Below are positions 1-64,000 of a stretch of DNA of 64,000 bases, in pieces. The notes under the pieces were generated by a model that searched no databases, was not told the origin of the DNA, and was given only the letters and a program-made list of their open reading frames with translations. Made by a program: the position numbers and the translations under genes. This DNA is from the human T2T-CHM13v2.0 reference genome, Homo sapiens. How positions within the stretch are numbered: position 1 is the first letter of the stretch; each line of letters starts with the position of its first letter. The DNA lies in assembly GCF_009914755.1 (NCBI RefSeq), contig NC_060941.1; one strand, 5' to 3'.

Positions 1-300
1 AGGAGCCAGAGCGCCCCTCCCTCCCGGGCGAGGCGCGGTGCGTGCGAGGGAGGGGCGAGGCCCGGGGAGGAAGGCCTTGAATGGCAGGCCCAGGAGTGTA
101 GCTTCTGCGGGGCGGGGGCAGAGAGGCCGAGAGGTGGCTTAGCACAGAGTGAAGTGCTTGCTCGGTGAGCCGGCGACAGGAATGGCCTAGCGAGGGCCGA
201 GGGAGTAGAGGGAACTCAGCAGGACAGTGAGGTGACCTTCGCTGTGGCTGTTCCTGGGGACTCTGCCGCCACCTCTTCCCCTAACGCCTCCGCGTGTGAA
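1..300 (-). promoter_or_regulatory. GC/CpG-rich promoter-like edge, probably upstream of CAMKK1
   Basis: CpG-dense with GGGGCG boxes; CAMKK1 assignment is from recalled gene order, and no CAMKK1 exon is visible. Confidence 0.45.
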
Positions 301-1396
301 TCCTCTGGCACCACCACTTGCCCCATATCCTTCCCCCAAATCTAACCTCCTGCGTCCCTGTCTCGAAGTGGAGCCAGGAGCCTGGGAGTCACCTGCTGCC
401 TCCCTGTTTCCTGCTCCAACCAGTCCATCTCCAGGCCCTGCCATACTGCCTCTTGACTATCCCTGGAATCGGCCCACTCCTCTCCACCCCACTTCCCCTC
501 CCTTAGCTCAGGCTACCACCATCTTGTCCCTGATTGCTGCAGCAGCCTCCTCCCTGGCCTCCAGCCCCATCCAGTCTCACCTCCTACTAGCCTTTCTCTA
601 CCTGGCACCCAGAGCAAGTTTTCAGGAACACAAGTCCACCGAGAGGCATTTTCTATGGCTCACCGTGAGAATAGGTCTAATCAAGCCCTGTATAGCCTTA
701 CTCCCAGCCACCTGCCTGTTTAACGCCTACTCGTCTTTCAGGGTTCAATTCAATCCTACTTCTGCCTGGAAACCTTCTCCATGACCTCCCCACTTCCAGC
801 ATGGGTTAGTGGCCCCACCCAGGTACTTCCTTGTACCTGGCATCTGTTTACCTGCTGGTTCCTCATTGGGACTGGGAGCTCCTGGATGGCAAGCACTGTG
901 CCTGATTCGTCCAGCACACAGCCTGTCGCATGGCACAGGTGCTCAGTGGATGTTGTTGAATGAATAATTCCAGCAACTTGAGTGTGGCTTTTGACCTCAT
1001 GGTTCAGGATACCAGCTAGAGCTCCAGCAATCACATAATGCATTCCAGGCAGTGGAGTGGAGAAAAGGATGAAGAAGAGGGCAGAGGGTCTGCACCAGCT
1101 CTCTTTTCAGGAAAGTTCCCAGAAGTTGCCACGTGGCACTTTCACATACACCGCTTGAGCTTACTTAACATGACCAGACCCAGCTGCAAGAGAAAGCTGG
1201 GAAATGCAGCTTCCATTCTGGGCAGCCACATGCCCAACCAAGAACCAAGGACTGAATTGCTACCGGGAGAACAGATATCCGGAACAACTAGTGGACTCCA
1301 CCATTGAGAGGGTGGATAGATTGAGGGGCAGAGCTCGACTGTATGCCAGGTGCTGTTTACAGGTCTTTCCTCAACCCTACTAAAAGCTATTATTGT

Positions 1397-1534
1397 CCGG
1401 GTGCAGTAGCTCATGCCGGTAATCCCAGCCCTTTGGAAGGCTGAGGTGGAGCGTATCATTTGAGCCCAGGAGTTTGAGAACAGCCTGGTCCACATAGTGA
1501 AACTCTGTCTCTATTTAAAAAAAAAAAAAAAAAG
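1397..1534 (+). mobile_element. Alu left monomer (FLAM-like)
   Basis: Single Alu arm followed by poly-A. Confidence 0.85.
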
Positions 1535-2278
1535 AAGTTGTTATTATCCTTGACTCACAGAGGAGGCTTGGAGAGTTAAGCCACTTCCCCCAAGGACACA
1601 CAGTGAACTGTGGCAGAGCTGCAATTGAAACCTGTCTTTTCCTTGCACGCCAGACAGGCTGGGAAGTCAGGAAAGGGTGTGTCCTAGGAGCTGCTGGAAG
1701 GAAATCTTTCGACAAGGAAGGCTTGGACAACAATGTGAGAAGCTGTCAGGCCAAGCAGGATATGGGGCCCAAGTGTCTGCTTAAGACTTGGCAACCAGGA
1801 CACTGCCAGTGACCTTGGCAAGGGCACCTAGGAGAAGTGGTTGGGGTGGAGGCCAATTGCAGAGGGAAGTGTGGACTGGTCTTTCTGGAAGGGTTGCAGT
1901 GAGGGGAGAGGGGCAGAGCTGCTGGGGAACCTGGGCCAGGAGGAGGCAGAAGAGGGGGACAGATGTAGGGGTAGGAGAATGGAGGTGGCTTCTGCTGGGC
2001 AGCCTCTGGGCTGGGTGGTGAGGCTGAATACAGAGGAGGGACCCTTTTCTGCTCACTTGGAAGGGAAGGGGGCAGAAAGTGCAAAAGCAGGTGTGTCTGG
2101 AGAAAGAAGGGGGGGCAGAAGAGGAAGTTCCAGTCTTATAAAATCTAAATGATAGGTCTTGGTTGGGGAAGAGGGCAGAAGGCCAAGGCCCTGAGGGAGA
2201 TGGCAGGGGCTGGCCTGTGTTGTCCAGTCTGGTAGCCACTAGTCACATGTAACTATTTAAATTAATTAAAAGTAAATT

Positions 2279-2589
<311 letters not shown>

Positions 2590-3231
2590 TTAATTAAAAG
2601 TAAATAAAATACGAATTTCATTTCCTTGGCTGCATATTTCCACCGAGGCCACCTGTGGCTTCTGGGTACCCTATTGGACAGCATAGATAGAGAATATTTC
2701 CATCATTCCAGAAGGTTCTATGGGACGGCACTGGTCTAGACAGAGCATGGTGACTGGGTGGGGATGCTGCCCAGAGATCCTACCTGGCTGTAAATCCAGG
2801 CCTGAGGTCATGCCCACAGCAGGGCCCTCCACACAGCCTCAGTCAAGTCCCTCCTCCCCTCTTTGGGATTCCGCCAGATCTCCCTCCTGGCACAGCCAGC
2901 CCCTTCCTCCCCACTGTTTCACGAGGCCACTCCTGGGGTTCTCTACTTGTGCCACTGCCAGGCCTCTCCCAGCCATGGAGGGTTGGGAAGAGCGCCAATG
3001 TTCAGGGCTGTGCCAAGATGGCAACCCGTGGACAGAGGTGAGCTGACCTCTCCACCCAGCACTGACCCTGCTGGGCTCAGGGCGTATGAGTCGGCTCACT
3101 GGTCCCCACCGGCAGATCCAGAGGGATCTCAGAGATTGCCCAGCTCAGCCCCACATTTCACAGACGAGCACACTGTGTTTCAGAGAGGTCTGGAAAGAGA
3201 GCACGGACGGCAGAGGTTTGTCCTCATTCCC

Positions 3232-3237
3232 TTTATT
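3232..3237 (-). terminator. P2RX1: P2RX1 distal polyadenylation signal AATAAA (3' UTR about 1.2 kb)
   Basis: tttatt on + strand, in unique sequence downstream of the stop. Confidence 0.8.
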
Positions 3238-3896
3238 GTACTCCACCCCTCGCTTCCCCCAGACCTTCTGTTCAGACAGAGCCAGGCAGGCCTTGGGAGC
3301 TGGGGCTGAGCCACAGGCAGGGAGCCCAGGATTTGGCTGGGGCTCCCACCCCAACCCGAGGTAGCTGAGTAAGGATTCATGGCTGGGAGGGCTGTCCTGG
3401 CCTGGCACACTTGGAGAGAAGCCTTTCCCTATGGAGGTGACATGGCACGGACCATGTGTGTGTGCTTGGGGGTGTAGATGTGTGTAGATGGTTGTGTTTG
3501 CAGGGCCCAAGCTGTTCACATACACAGTGTGGAAGGATGCTGTGTGCACGTAGGTGGTGTGTACACTGGGTTGTGTGCATGAGACACTGTGTGGCACGTG
3601 AGCACACAACACACATGCTGAAGGTGTTTGAGACCCTGTTCAGTGTCTGCACCTGAACAGGAAGTGCAGGCTCAGGGCTAAGTCTGACTCCCGCTCAGGA
3701 GCTTAGAGTCAGAAAGTTCGAGGACGGCACTTCTTAAACTTAGGTCCCAGAATGGCCTGGGGAGTTTGCCATCCACACAGATCATACGGCCAGCCCTGGA
3801 GCTTTTGGTTCAGGAGGTCTGGGGGTGGGCCCAGGAGCTTGCATTGTCGATAAGTTCCCCAGGGAAACCGAAGGCCAGGAAGAAACAGGGCTCAAG

Positions 3897-4098
3897 CAGG
3901 GCTGTCTAATAGAACTTTCTTTGACAGTGAAAATGCCCCGAGCTGTCCAGTATGGCAGCCACTAACCACACGTATCTACTGAGCAGTTGAAATGTGGCTA
4001 GTTCAGCCGAGGAATTGAATTTTGTGTTTCATTCTATTTTATTTTAGTTTAATTTAGTCACCTATGGTTACTGACTGCCACATCGGAGAGCACAGATC
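3897..4098 (+). mobile_element. MER3-like hAT-Charlie MITE in the P2RX1 3' UTR (other copies ~2212-2733 - and ~63670-63850 +)
   Basis: gctgtctaatagaactttct...cagccactaaccaca...ttgaaatgtggctagt matches MER3 as I recall it. Confidence 0.75.
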
Positions 4099-4438
4099 TA
4101 GAGAAATGGAGGCAGCGGGTTGGATAATGAGAGTCCGGAGAGAGAAGCACGAAGCTAGGGTGCAGGTGTGTGGGAGGGTCCTGCCCAGCCCCAGCCATTC
4201 CCCACCAGGAGCGGCTGAGGCTAGGGTAGGGCTCCCTCAGGGTGTGTGGGGTCGGAGCCGGAGCTCAGATTTGCACAGGTCTCTCCTACTATGCACCCTG
4301 AGCTTCTGGCAAACTGCTCTCTGCCCGGCTGAGAGGGTAGGAGACTTCCTGGGGAGGCCCCTCTGCCCTGGCTGGGACCCACCAGGGCTCCAGGCTGAAG
4401 CCTCACGCTGTACCCAGTCAGGAGTTGGGGCCCGAGCA

Positions 4439-23633
<19,195 letters not shown>

Positions 23634-23639
23634 TCAGCT

Positions 23640-23900
23640 GGAGGCACTTGGGTTGGAGAGAGAATCCCTGGGTGATCAGAGCAGCTCTTGGCCCCTGGAA
23701 GGCAACAGACTGCAGGCCAGCCTCGCCCATGGACAAATAAATTCCCAAAGATAGATGGGGCGGGGCTGGTGGGGCCACCCAGGCCCAGCCCCACTGCCCC
23801 TCCTGGCTCTGCGTGGGCCTTGTTGGGCCTCCGGAAACAGGAGTTGTTGGCAGGAAACCACAGGCCACCCGTCACAGGGGCAAAGATAAAGCTCTCAGTC
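23640..23900 (-). promoter_or_regulatory. P2RX1: P2RX1 proximal promoter: GC box, GATA, ETS and RUNX motifs
   Basis: GGGGCGGGG ~23757-23765; AGATAG ~23749; CCGGAA 23831; CAGGAAACCACA 23851-23862; AGATAA 23884-23889. Exact TSS cannot be read from sequence. Confidence 0.7.
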
Positions 23901-25240
23901 GACTCCTCAAGTTATCCTCCCCCCAAAACCTGGCAAGATGGAGCTCTGGCCAGGGCCTGGGGGAAGCTGGAGTCTCCTCAGATTAGGGGACTCCCCGCGA
24001 CTCCCCTCCACTGCCAAAATGAGACCTCCATCCCCAGCCCCATCCACCACCCTCCACCCTCCCCCACCAGGGTTGGCTGCTTCGTCCCTGGGGGTCTGCA
24101 GCGAGCAAGGCAGAGAGGAAGGAGGCTCTGAGTTCCAGCCTGGCCTGTGCCCGGTCAACCTCGGTGCTGAGCTGGCATCTCTATCCCCCAGCTCTCCTCT
24201 CCCACTGTCTGTCCTGCCGGGGCCACCATCAGAGGGAGAGAGGTGGCAGGTGCCCAGCCAAGACCAGCACCACATCCGTCACCAGTGCCATGGGGGGCCC
24301 AAGACCAGCCGAGAGAGCCTGACCTCGGAGATCCCTGGCTCTGCCACTTCTTGGCTGTGGGGGCTGGGTGTCACCTTGCCTCTCCGAGCCTGCTTCCTCA
24401 TCTGTAAATTGGGGTAATAAGGGCTGTTCCTTCTAGGTCGAGGCTCACAGGGGATGGGTCTCAGCAACACGGGACAGAGAACTGGAGGCCACCATTGAGT
24501 CTGGGGCACAGCACCTCTGCAGTCCCTGCCTTCCCTTCCCACCCCCAGCTCGGGCCCTGAACACAGGGGTTTGGGGTGGGCAGAGGGTCCCACGTTGGCT
24601 CCTCAGAGCTGGAGGCCTCCCCAGCCCCACCCCTCGTTTTGAAGATGAGAAAACCAAGCTCAGAGAAGAGAAATGAGTTGCCCAAGCTCACCCGGGGTGG
24701 TACTGGAGGTTCAAGCTGGAAGCAGGGGCCTCCCTGGCGAGCCCCCACGGCCCTGTCGTCGGAGCCGCCCCACCCTTAAGGCTGATAAGGAGTCTTCTTG
24801 CTGGCGAGCCATGAGCTGGAAGTGCTCTGGGCAGGGAGCCAGGCCCTGGGGCTGGGAATCCCGGCAGCCTGTCTGAATGGGGGTCACCCACAGAGGGCTG
24901 CCCATGGCCCCTTCCAGCACCCAGGTCAGTCTCTCCTTGTCAAGTAGATCAGCCTCACCCCTCGCGGAGTTTCTGCTAATCCAGTGGGTGTCATGGGCTT
25001 TTCTAAAGAAAATCCAGAGATGCTGGGAGCCAGAACTGTGGTGGCCACGTCTCCCCTTGGCCTGACCTTGACCCTAGACAGTTCCTTTCCCAGCTGCCCC
25101 TGTGGCCATTGGAATGGGAGGCACCAGGACACAGCTGCTTGTGATGGGGAGTGGGGTGGGTGCTGAGACTGTGTGGGCCATTCTGGGTCCCTTTTCAGCC
25201 ACCCTTCTCCCTGATATGCGTTCTAGAGAGTGGGTGGGGT

Positions 25241-25724
25241 GGGAGGGAACGGAGGGAGGAAGGGAGGGAGGGAGGGAAAAGGAAGGGAAGGGAAGGGAGG
25301 GAGAGAGGGAGGAGGAAAGGGAAGGGAAGGGAGGAAGGAGGGAGGAAGGGAGGGAGGGAGAAGGAAGGGAAGGAAGGGAGGGAAGGGAAGAGAGGGAGGG
25401 GAGGGAGGGAGGGGAGGGAGGGAGGGAAGGGAGGGAGGGAGGGAGGGAAGGAGTAAAGGAAAGAAGGAAGGGAGGGAGGGAGGAGAAAGGAAGGGAAGGG
25501 GAGGGAGGGAGGGAGGGAAGGAAAAAAGGAAGGAGGGAGGGAAGGAGGGAGGAAAGAAGAAGGAGGGAGGGAAAAAAGGGAGGGAGGAAGGAAGAGGGAG
25601 GGAGGGAGGAGAGAGGGAGGGAGGGAAGGAAGGAAGATCAGGAAGTTCTTCCTCTCACATCACCACCATGTCTTCTTCCTCCTCCTCCTCCTCCTCCTCC
25701 TCCTCCTCCTCCTCCTCCTCCTCC
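25241..25724. repeat. About 400-bp GGGA/GGAA polypurine tract followed by (TCC)n at 25671-25724
   Basis: Direct. Confidence 0.95.
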
Positions 25725-26960
25725 AAGGAGCCACACTTGCTGACAGAGAGATTGACGGATGGACTGACAGACTTGCTTGGACAGATTGATGGACTGACAG
25801 AGCACACACACGTGATTCAGTTACAGCCTAGGCCCTGGCCCTGGCCCTGAGAAAGTGGACTGGCCTGGAGCACCGTCTCATTTGGGGATCTTATCATATC
25901 CACAGTGTACCCCAGGGACCTACATTTATTTTCCTGCTGCTGATAACTCCACAAGAGCAAGACAGCCAGCTGTCGGGGTCAATGTCTCTTTCACTGGCTC
26001 TAAAATGCATCTTTCTGATCCAAAGGCTGTGATTTCTCACCCTTGGGCCCTGCCCCAGCGTCCTCAGGGACAGACACCTGCCTTTGTTCTGGGTGTTTGG
26101 GGCTGAGGTGGGCAGGACAGAGGCCAGAGCTCCACCCTCTGGAGTCTGGCAGGGTTTTCCTCACAACAGGCCCATGAGGCAGGTCCTAGAGCCCACATCT
26201 GACAGATCAGGAGACTGAGGCTGTGGGGATTGAGTCCCTGGCCCATGGTCACACAGTGAGTAGTTCCCATGTCTGCTGGTGGCTGAGAAGGAGGCTCCCC
26301 AAAGTCTGAGGGCTTGGCCCCGGGCCCACTCGAAGCCTCCAGCACTTGAGAGCCGCCAGTCCTGCCTTATAAGCCCAAAGACCGGGTGGCCGACTCGGGT
26401 ACTGGGCCGGGCCTTGTAGGGAGACAGCCCTGCTGCCAAGCACTCGGCCCCGGGACAGCCTCCCCGGCCTGGCTAAATTTAGCGGCTCTGTGCAGCGTGG
26501 AGGCTGGAGGCCGGCTGGAGCCCTCGAGGGAGCAGACACGGGTTCCAACAGGTCTCCTTAGTCACTCAGGGGCCCGAGGATGCCGCAACCATACCCCAGT
26601 CAAACCGTGATGCCATCTGGGCCAGAGATTCCTCTAATGCCACATAGCCCCTTAGACCCTGACTGGAGCAGGGCCCTGGGCCAGCCTGGCAGAGGCTGTC
26701 AAGGGGAGGTTGGGGGAGGGCCGACAGCTACGGGGAGGCCTGGGGAGTACAGCGTGGGCCCCCATGTTTGGCGTCTCCCATTGCCTGGACCCGGGCTGCT
26801 TCTCAGGCCTCTTCTATCCCCCAACTCTGGGTGTGACCTGGCCGAAGCCCCCCTCCCGTGTGTTTAAAATGTCCCACCCTCCTGGTCCTCCTCCATCCCT
26901 CTGGGCCATTTCCCTTCATCCTCGGCCTCTCTCTGCCCTGGATTAAGAGAACTCCTGGGA

Positions 26961-30808
<3,848 letters not shown>

Positions 30809-31139
30809 GCACAAAAGGCCTTGAACTCGTGCACAAATTGTCAACACCGTCCCTGTGAGGAGCGAGCATCCCAAGCTGGGAGGCTCTGCGGGCGCTGCAC
30901 CTGCCACTCGAGTGTGGCTCTCCAGAGCCTTGTCTTGGGGGCCAAGGGAGCAATCCTGGTGATGTGTGAACCCCAGACCTTTGCTCAGCGTTTCCTGGAC
31001 TGGGTGTGGGCAGGTGGTATGGGCAGGTGGTATGGGCAGGTGGTAGGGCCCCAGGCAGACGCCCCATAGGTGGAGACGGCGGGACCACTCCCCAGGAAAA
31101 CAGACGCTGAGGATCCTCCGTTCCCCCAGTCACACAACC

Positions 31140-31145
31140 TTTATT
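31140..31145 (-). terminator. ATP2A3: ATP2A3 polyadenylation signal AATAAA (3' UTR about 1.5 kb)
   Basis: tttatt on + strand, first canonical signal I found after the stops. Confidence 0.8.
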
Positions 31146-32625
31146 TCTCTACCAAACAGCAGGTCAGCAGGTGGGTACAGGGCCCGCTCCTGCTAAGACC
31201 TCCCCACCTCCCCCCAGGAAAGAAGCAGAGAATCTCTGCAGGCACCAGACTCCCTGCCTCCCCCACTGCGTTTCTCTCACTGGCCGCCCAGAACCTGTGA
31301 GAGGGAGGAGGGGTGAGGCGTAGGGGAGGGGGCTACAGAACATGGAGCCCATTGGTCTGCAAGGCAGGCTGAGGGGCTTTGGATGTGGGGGACTAGGAAA
31401 GGGATGTGAGTCTTGATTTACATATAAAATCATCAGTCTGCACACGCTCTAGGAGGGGCCAAGACATAGGGACAATCCTTGGTGCAGGTTTCTGCTACCC
31501 CTCGCTAGTTTTTGCCAAAGTAGCAAAAGCTGAGTTAAGAGAAAAATTCTGTCCATCAGAGGCCATCTTCCTCTCATCTGATATGACGTGTTCCTCCAGC
31601 AGGGAGGGAGGGAGAGCGGGTGCCCTTGGGGAATCAGCCATCCTTAGTGACATCCTTTCGGCTCATGGGTGTCGTGGGGAGGGGGCAAGGAGTGAGGCCA
31701 AGAGTCCAGGAAGCCCACCAGGCTCAGAGGCCCCCAGCTGTGCAGACAGCGCGGCGGCCGCACACTGGGCTGGGTAGAAGGGCGCCACGGTCAGGAACCT
31801 GAGGATGTCGGTGGTCTCAGGTACCAGGGACGCGGGTGGCAAGTTGGACCTCTGCGTGGCAGACCGGGCGGCAGTGTGACTCTGAACATCTCCCGAGCTC
31901 AGGACGGGGAACCCTGAGTCCAGGAGGCGCGCGGGGCTGAGGCAGTCCAGCCAGGCTTTCCCGACTTGTCTCCCGGGAAAGGACATCCTCGCTCCGCCCT
32001 CCTGCCGGCTCCTTGTGTCCGTCTCTCTGACCCTTCACCCGCCCGGGCCCTGCACATATAAACAGAAGCAGCCTCGAGCTCTCGGGAGCCGACTTTGTGG
32101 AAGCAGAGTGGAGTGGAGGGGGCTGCCCACCCTCGCTGTACACAGCTGGGCCCAGATGGCCCCTTCTGATCCCCCAGGGCTGACCCAGTCCCAGACCAGG
32201 CACGAAGAGAGAGGTCAGAGCCGGTAAGAAGGACCCCCAGAGTCCTCCGTCAGTGCAGAGGCACCAGTCACCAAGTGAACGTCCAGCTTCCGAACAAGGG
32301 GGAGCAAGCTCCAGCTGCACTCGTGATTTGGGGGTGGGGGGGCCCCGGATCTCTGGGTATGCTGCCAGCTCCGGCTTCTTGGCTGCCCCCTCCCAGCCTG
32401 CAGCTCCTGGGCCAGAGCTGCAGAGCAGGGAACTTCCCAGGAGAGTCCAGGAGACAGGAATTACAGACCTCCCAGGCCAGAAGGAAGTGGGGACAGAGAC
32501 CCCAGGACGGGGCCCGGGGATGGCCATTCTGACCTCGGGCCTGTCATTTATCCGGCGGGACCCGGTGGGCAAGTGGGCGAGTGTGGTGGCAAGGGTGGGG
32601 GGCGGAGGCGAACACATGGGCACCA

Positions 32626-32669
32626 TCAGTCTGAGGTACACACCGGAGACTCCACTCTGTTCCCAGCGC

Positions 32670-32689
<20 letters not shown>
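32626..32689 (-). CDS. ATP2A3: ATP2A3 terminal exon coding part: stops at 32681 (KK*), 32670 (EEMSQK*) and 32626 (RNEPEVSAGNRVESPVCTSD*)
   Basis: cag|AAGAAATGAGCCAGAAGTGA; each of the three frames matches a known SERCA3 isoform end. Confidence 0.95.
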
Positions 32690-60956
<28,267 letters not shown>

Positions 60957-61764
60957 CTGCAGGATCCAGGCAGCCACGGGAGCCATGAGGAGACAAGAGA
61001 GGAGTGGGTCACGCAGGGGCCTCGGGGGAGTCTGGCAGTGCCTCCCCACCGTGCCCGCCCAGACCCCCACCACGGACTGGATGTATCCCCAGGGCTCTCT
61101 GAGGCCACAGGATAAATGGTTTGAGCCCAAATGCTTCCACCCCTCTACCCTCCCCCGACTCAGATTGAGGAAGATCTAGGGTGACTTGGCTCATCGTGGG
61201 ATGAGTACGGAGCCAAGAGGGTCCTTCCAGCCCCTCCAGTCCAGCCCCTCCCTGCCCCACTTCACAGAAGGGAAACTGAGGCCTAGAAAACAGACACTTC
61301 CCCCACCCAGGTCACACGGAGAGTGGGCTGTTCTCACGGCTCCCTGCATAGCCCTTCCTTAGATGGCCGCAGAGTCCTGTTGAGTCTCTGCCACCCCCAC
61401 AGCAAGGCAGCCCCTCCCTCAAATGGAGAACACCAGCTCAGGCGCCTTCCGCTCACCCTGCCTCTAACATCCCTGCTCCCCTGGGACCAGCTGGACAAGG
61501 TCTGCAGCTGGGCCGGCCTGCTGGGCCCCACCGCACAGCAGGGCTCCCCTGGACAGGACCCCAGCAGCCAGCACCCCGCAGTGAGGATCCCTCCCATGGT
61601 GCAGTCCCCCCCAGGCCCTGCACTCCATCGAGCTCAGTGAAGACCCCCCAGCCCCGCCCCACATACCCAGTCGCCCCCCACACAACATGGTGAAGAACAC
61701 TGTTTCCAAACTCTAACAGCACCCACCTCAATTGAGGTGCTGATTTTTTTTTTTTTTTTTTTAA

Positions 61765-61866
<102 letters not shown>

Positions 61867-63071
61867 TGAGTAGCTGGGATTACAGGCACGCGGCACCACG
61901 CCCGGCTGATTTTTGTATTTTTAGTAGAAATGGGGTTTCACTATGTTGGCCAGGGTGGTCTCGAACTCCTGACCTTGTGATCTGCCCGCCTCGGCCTCCC
62001 AAAGTGCTGGGATTACAGGCGTGAGCCACCGCCCAGGCCTAGGTGCTGATTTTTATCTCCAACATTTCCCGAAGCACCTTTTGTATCAGGCAGAGGTGCC
62101 TCGGGCCCCTGAAGTGGTTGAATCATTCCTACAGCCTAAAGGGCAGGCAGGTGGCAGGGAGTTCCTGCCCTGCTTCACAGACCCGGGCACGGAGGATCAG
62201 GGTGGCGGTGTGGCTTGGGCAAGGCCACACAGTGAGTGAGTGGGTCTGTGTGGGGATGAGAGGGGCGGGAGCCAGGCTCTGCAGGGTGGGCTTGGAGAAG
62301 CTCCCCCTTCCCAGGCCGCAGTCTAACTGAGCCCTGCCTCCTCTTGTCTCTTGCCACTCAAAGGACAGTCTCCGGACATCTGTGGCATCTCCCCGAAGCT
62401 CGTTAGCCATGCGGAATCTGAGGCCCCGGCCATGGCTGGCTTTCTTCCACCTCCTTCTTCCTGACACTGGAAACAGGTCCTTGCATTGGTCCACCTGTTT
62501 TTGGCCTACAGGCATTTTTTTTTCCTACGGGAGCCCTCTCCCCGGACCACCTGTTTGGAAGCTTTGGGGTCTGCACCTGGCAGCTGAACCCTGGGGAGTA
62601 TCAAGCAGCCCACTGGACTGTAGGAATCCAGGAGGGAAATATATAGCCTAAAAATACACTTTCTAGCATTTTCTCCAAAGTCCTATTTTCGGCAGTGGCT
62701 GACATTTTCCGTGGAAAATGTAATCTCCAGTGTCCTGCGTCGAGATTAAAATCAAACAGACTTTTTCCTTCTGATCTATTTAGCTGAGGCGAACAGGAAA
62801 GGCGGGGGGAGGGCCAGGACTGGTTTCTGGGCCAATTCTCCAATGGAGCAGTGTGCTTTCGAGGTCACCCCAGCCATGCCCCAGCCTCGAATCAGGACAG
62901 CACTAACCTCATGGTGCGCATGGGTGGGCTTGTGCTGGGCTCTTCCCGGGGGATGCCTGTAACCCTCACCTTTCTTTATTCTGGGCAGGGGCGAGGCCTG
63001 GGGTTGGGAAGCGTGTCATGGGGTACACGTGCCAGCTCCAGTCCTGGACTTCCCCACAAAGGTCCCCATGA

Positions 63072-63488
<417 letters not shown>

Positions 63489-64000
63489 TGACCCAGGATC
63501 CAGTCTTTGGTGCTCATTATGTTGTTCCCCAAATATTTCTGGTTCTCCCCCACCTTGTGGGCACATAGTAGGAGGGCACTTCCCGGCCCCCGTGTGAGTT
63601 TTGAGAAGAAGGATGTGTATTCGTGCCAGGTTGGAGCATTGACTTTTGGTGGGGGACTTTCTAGGAGGTCACTGTCCAGTAGAATGTTCTGTGAGAGCAG
63701 AAGTATCCTCCGTCTGTGCTGGCCAGGACCGCAGCCACTAGCCACATGCAGCTGGCGAGCCCCTGGACTGTGACTAATTTCGAATTTTACTTTAATTTTC
63801 ATGCATTTAAATGTAAATAGCCAAGCGGCTGGAGCTCTTTGACACTCTCTCCTACAGCAGCCAGCAGCCTGTGAGATGGTGTCTGCTCCATCGACCTGGG
63901 TCACAGAATGAGGAAGGCACAGAGCACCCGGGGACCAGCCTGCTGCCAGCACTCAGCAGGAGTGAGAAATGAGCCTCTGGTCCTTTAAGGTGCCAAGAGA

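Noticed and set aside
25102-25850. 200+ aa ORFs rich in G/R/E/K with poly-P or poly-S
   Set aside because: Translation of the polypurine and (TCC)n repeats, which cannot contain stops

Overview
Human-type (primate) genomic DNA, GC-rich and very Alu-dense, recognisable as the 17p13.2 calcium-signalling block. Minus strand: the complete 12-exon P2RX1 gene (CDS 23471->4439, 1200 nt, 399 aa) and ATP2A3/SERCA3 from exon 2 to the terminal exon (60956->32670; exon 1 lies beyond the window end). The ATP2A3 segment includes the alternative exons that build the SERCA3a-f C-termini. The first ~300 bp are GC/CpG-rich and probably the CAMKK1 upstream region (from recalled gene order only). All exon borders were placed on GT/AG sites and reading frames were checked by hand. 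I see no new protein-coding gene, RNA gene or standalone novel system. The best leads are structural or regulatory: (1) swapped target-site duplications around a head-to-head Alu pair in P2RX1 intron 8, implying an Alu-mediated micro-inversion; (2) tandemly duplicated 5' splice sites in ATP2A3 introns 13 and 18, the first making intron 13 an open in-frame 129-nt intron; (3) an open in-frame 129-nt last intron in P2RX1; (4) a TEAD-MEF2-TEAD cluster in the ATP2A3 last intron; (5) a decayed AGGTCA-type hexamer array in ATP2A3 intron 14. Repeat coordinates and subfamily names are by eye and approximate.
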